Source of the DNA: Hydrolagus colliei
Lineage: Eukaryota
Reading direction: 5' to 3'
Assembly: GCA_035084275.1 (NCBI GenBank)
Contig: CM068752.1
Span: forward strand, 8,122,001-8,186,000
Length of the DNA: 64,000 nt
Position numbers and translations under genes: made by a program. The notes under the pieces were generated by a model that worked only from the letters and a program-made list of their open reading frames with translations, searched no databases and was not told the DNA's origin. This document shows, one piece after another, positions 61,128 to 64,000 of this stretch (its first letter is position 1; each line of letters starts with the position of its first letter).

Positions 61128-61854
61128 AATTATGGTTGGTTAGAGTGGTAAATATTGATGTTTATATTTTCTTGATAAAGAGGTGAACTTCTGTCTTGGA
61201 AATATTTCCGTCTCCTGTTGGTAGCTACTCCAATCTGAGTCAGAACGATAACACAGTGGAGGTCTCTGTACATTCTTCTTTGTCTCTGTTGTGCTAATTA
61301 TCTGGTAGAGTGTTCATCAAAGGCCTGAAATAAAACACAGAAAACATTTCCTTTGAAATATATCTAACTGCAATCATGAAACATTTTGATAGAAACTATT
61401 AAACAGTAACTGTTCATGTGCAAAACATAATACTACAGCATTGTAGAAAGTATCACGAAAAACAATGCCGTTTAACAGTTAATACACGCTTTTTTCTTTT
61501 CGATTTAGTAAGTATTTTAGCGAGTTCCATTAGGTTTTCACTATGTTTACCTCAAAAGTGGTATGTACAAATTGAAAAGAATAGGCCCGAATATCTCGAC
61601 TCTTCAAAGTACAATATTACTCTAAATTAAACTGAAACGCAACACGTAAGTCTACTAAAGGACTGTAGGGATTGATGGTTTTCTTTCAGGCCGTTGTGAG
61701 AAAGATCCTCAATATGTTATTTGTAGAAACCTAAATTACATTTTAAGATATTAATGCTGATTTTTAGAAACAAAAATGCAACAGTATAAAAGCTGTATTT
61801 TTACGCAAAGGAATATTGGTTTGTAACTGATTTTGAATGAGAATAAAACCAGGC

Positions 61855-61923
61855 CAGCTTTAAATATCACTTGATGCAGTTATTGGGCGTGACTCTCTGT
61901 GTCGCTGTCTACCAATAAGAAGC
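61855..61923 (+). promoter_or_regulatory. CSE/CGCT-box promoter element of g18
   Basis: CAGCTTTAAA..TGCAGTTATTGG..TGTGTCGCTGTCTACCAATAAGAAGC. Confidence 0.85.
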
Positions 61924-62150
61924 TGAAACGTTCCTGGAGATCTATCAGCCCACCCCCATCGCCATAACCCAGGAAAGACTCAGAGAGACAGCCTGCATTT
62001 GCGCATTGGAACCCCGATCGGACGAACAAAGGCCGAGTCTTTGCATTTCTGGATTTACATTCGATATTTCCATTTTAAGAGTCGCATTTTGGCAGTATAA
62101 CGGTCTAGGGTTATATTTCAGAGTATTTATTTTAAACTCGAACGTATGGA

Positions 62151-64000
62151 ATGGCGGAGCCCAGCAGCACCGGGATGTTAAACCGCTTGGCGATGTATTT
62201 TATCGTCCTACTGTATGTCTGGGACATGGTTTCTGGACAGATTCGGTACACGATCCCCGAGGAACTGGAGCACGGCGCCTTTGTGGGGAATATCGCGGAA
62301 GATCTGGGATTAAACCTTCGACAATTATCGGCTCGGGAATTCAGGCTGGTCTCCGAAGATGGGAAACGATACCTAGAGGTAAATCCTGAGAATGGAATTA
62401 TTTTCGTCAGTGAAAGAATCGACAGGGAGCGGCTTTGTGAACAGAGCTCTACTTGTTCCCTTTCTTTCGAAGTAATAATCACAAATCCTTTGGAAGTGCA
62501 CCGTGTCGCTGTCGAGATACTAGACATTAATGATAATTCACCTAGTTTTCCGAAAAGTGAATTTTTCCTGGAACTCGGTGAATTAATCTCGCCAGGAGCT
62601 CGATTCCCTCTTGAGAGCGCGTACGACCCTGACGCAGGCAAAAACGGTATCAGAACGTATCAAATCAGTTCAAATGAATATTTCAATCTGAACTTGCAGG
62701 TCACAAGTGATGGTAATAAAATATCCGAGTTGTTGTTAGAAAAAGCATTGGATCGCGAACGGCAGTCAGAATATCATCTAACCCTGACAGCAATTGACGG
62801 TGGGGTACCAGAGAGATCTGGCACAGCTAAAATTATTATTAAGGTGGTGGACGCCAATGATAACGCACCTCTATTTGATCATGAACTGTACAAAACGAGT
62901 TTACCAGAAAATGCACCTAAAGGTACATTAGTCATCAAAATCAACGCTGCTGATGCAGACGAAGGTACAAATGGCGCAGTTAAATATTTTTTCAGTAATC
63001 ATGCTTCTCAAAGAGTGCGCGAGTTGTTTAGCCTGGAGCCAGAAACAGGCGAGATTAAAGTGAAAGGAGTCCTGGATTTTGAAGAATCAAACGGTTATGA
63101 ACTTGCTGTACAAGCTATGGACAGTGGCGTGCCCGCCATGACCGGACATGCCAAGGTGATTGTGGGAATAGTGGATGTGAATGATAATGCCCCTGAGATA
63201 AAAGTCACCTTATTGTCTAACACGATTCCTGAAAATTCTGAAACCGGAACGCTGATAGCTTTGATCAGTGTCACAGACCGGGATTCGGGTAAAAACGGAG
63301 AGGTTCACTGTCAGATTCCCACCAGCATACCTTTTAAATTACACTCGACTTCCAAGAACCACTACACGTTGGTGAGCAGCGGCATACTGGACCGTGAGGC
63401 TATTTCCATGTACAATATATTAGTATCAGCTTGGGACGGTGGATCGCCGCCTCTTTTGACAAACAAAACAATAATGGTGTCACTTTCTGATGTAAACGAC
63501 AACGCCCCCCGATTTACACAAACCGCATATACTGTTTACGTGACAGAAAACAATGCTCCGGGGGCTGCTATTTTCACAGTTACAGCACTGGATCCTGACT
63601 TGGACCAGAATGGATATGTATCATATTCTGTATTACCAACGCGGGTCAAGGAGATCCCTGTGTCTACTTACATCAGCATCAACTCAAACAAGGGGAATAT
63701 CCACGCGCTACAGTCGTTCGATTACGAGCAGCAAAAGACATTGCAGTTCCAGGTTCAAGCTAAGGATTCTGGAGTTCCTCCTCTTTGGAGCAAATGCACA
63801 GTGAAAGTGATTGTCTTGGATCAAAATGATAATGCCCCAGTGATTGTCTCCCCATTAGCGTGGAATCAGTCAATATCGATTGGGATAAAGTCTCAATCTC
63901 TGTATCCAGGCTACATGGTGACCAAGATAATTGCAACAGATGCCGATTCGGGGCAGAACGCACGGCTTTCTTATCGTCTGGTCAAATCCACCGACTCCAG
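62151..64000 (+). CDS. g18: clustered protocadherin, truncated by the window end (absent from the ORF track)
   Basis: MAEPSSTGMLNRLAMYFIVLLYVWDMVSGQIRYTIPEELEHGAFVGNIAEDLG...; the same frame reads ...ATDADSGQNARLSYRLVKSTDS at the window end (within EC6). Confidence 0.92.
   Translation, partial: MAEPSSTGMLNRLAMYFIVLLYVWDMVSGQIRYTIPEELEHGAFVGNIAEDLGLNLRQLSAREFRLVSEDGKRYLEVNPENGIIFVSERIDRERLCEQSSTCSLSFEVIITNPLEVHRVAVEILDINDNSPSFPKSEFFLELGELISPGARFPLESAYDPDAGKNGIRTYQISSNEYFNLNLQVTSDGNKISELLLEKALDRERQSEYHLTLTAIDGGVPERSGTAKIIIKVVDANDNAPLFDHELYKTSLPENAPKGTLVIKINAADADEGTNGAVKYFFSNHASQRVRELFSLEPETGEIKVKGVLDFEESNGYELAVQAMDSGVPAMTGHAKVIVGIVDVNDNAPEIKVTLLSNTIPENSETGTLIALISVTDRDSGKNGEVHCQIPTSIPFKLHSTSKNHYTLVSSGILDREAISMYNILVSAWDGGSPPLLTNKTIMVSLSDVNDNAPRFTQTAYTVYVTENNAPGAAIFTVTALDPDLDQNGYVSYSVLPTRVKEIPVSTYISINSNKGNIHALQSFDYEQQKTLQFQVQAKDSGVPPLWSKCTVKVIVLDQNDNAPVIVSPLAWNQSISIGIKSQSLYPGYMVTKIIATDADSGQNARLSYRLVKSTDS

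Noticed and set aside
1516-62641. Recurring antisense ORFs (..PTSGSCALSRGK.., MSVTLERSEK.., [10 protein letters not shown]..) at the same position in many genes
   Set aside because: These are shadows of the conserved sense codons and conversion tracts. Starts and lengths vary and there is no independent protein signature.

Overview
This is eukaryotic (vertebrate) DNA: a tandem array of clustered protocadherin (cPcdh) variable exons, all on the + strand. It holds 15 complete ~2.4-kb single-exon ORFs (signal peptide, six cadherin repeats, TM, short cytoplasmic tail) and two edge-truncated genes. There is also one in-frame internally deleted gene, one heavily decayed pseudogene and one EC6 relic. 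Every gene whose 5' end is in the window has a CGCT-box conserved promoter element about 250-330 bp upstream, flanked by an inverted ATTGG/CCAAT pair at fixed spacing (degenerate in the decayed pseudogene). Protein style and LINE tails suggest a cartilaginous fish (inference). The most notable observations are: (1) a 3360-bp unequal crossover that created a chimeric gene; (2) two independent gene-conversion families, including a homogenised cytoplasmic tail and a pristine island inside a dead pseudogene; (3) a candidate exonic CTCF site; (4) splice-donor-like sites just after the stop codons; (5) a membrane-anchored EC1-only mini-ORF with a templated-insertion junction. No constant exons were recognised. 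All comparisons were made by eye. Gene labels g0-g18 are my own, in window order.
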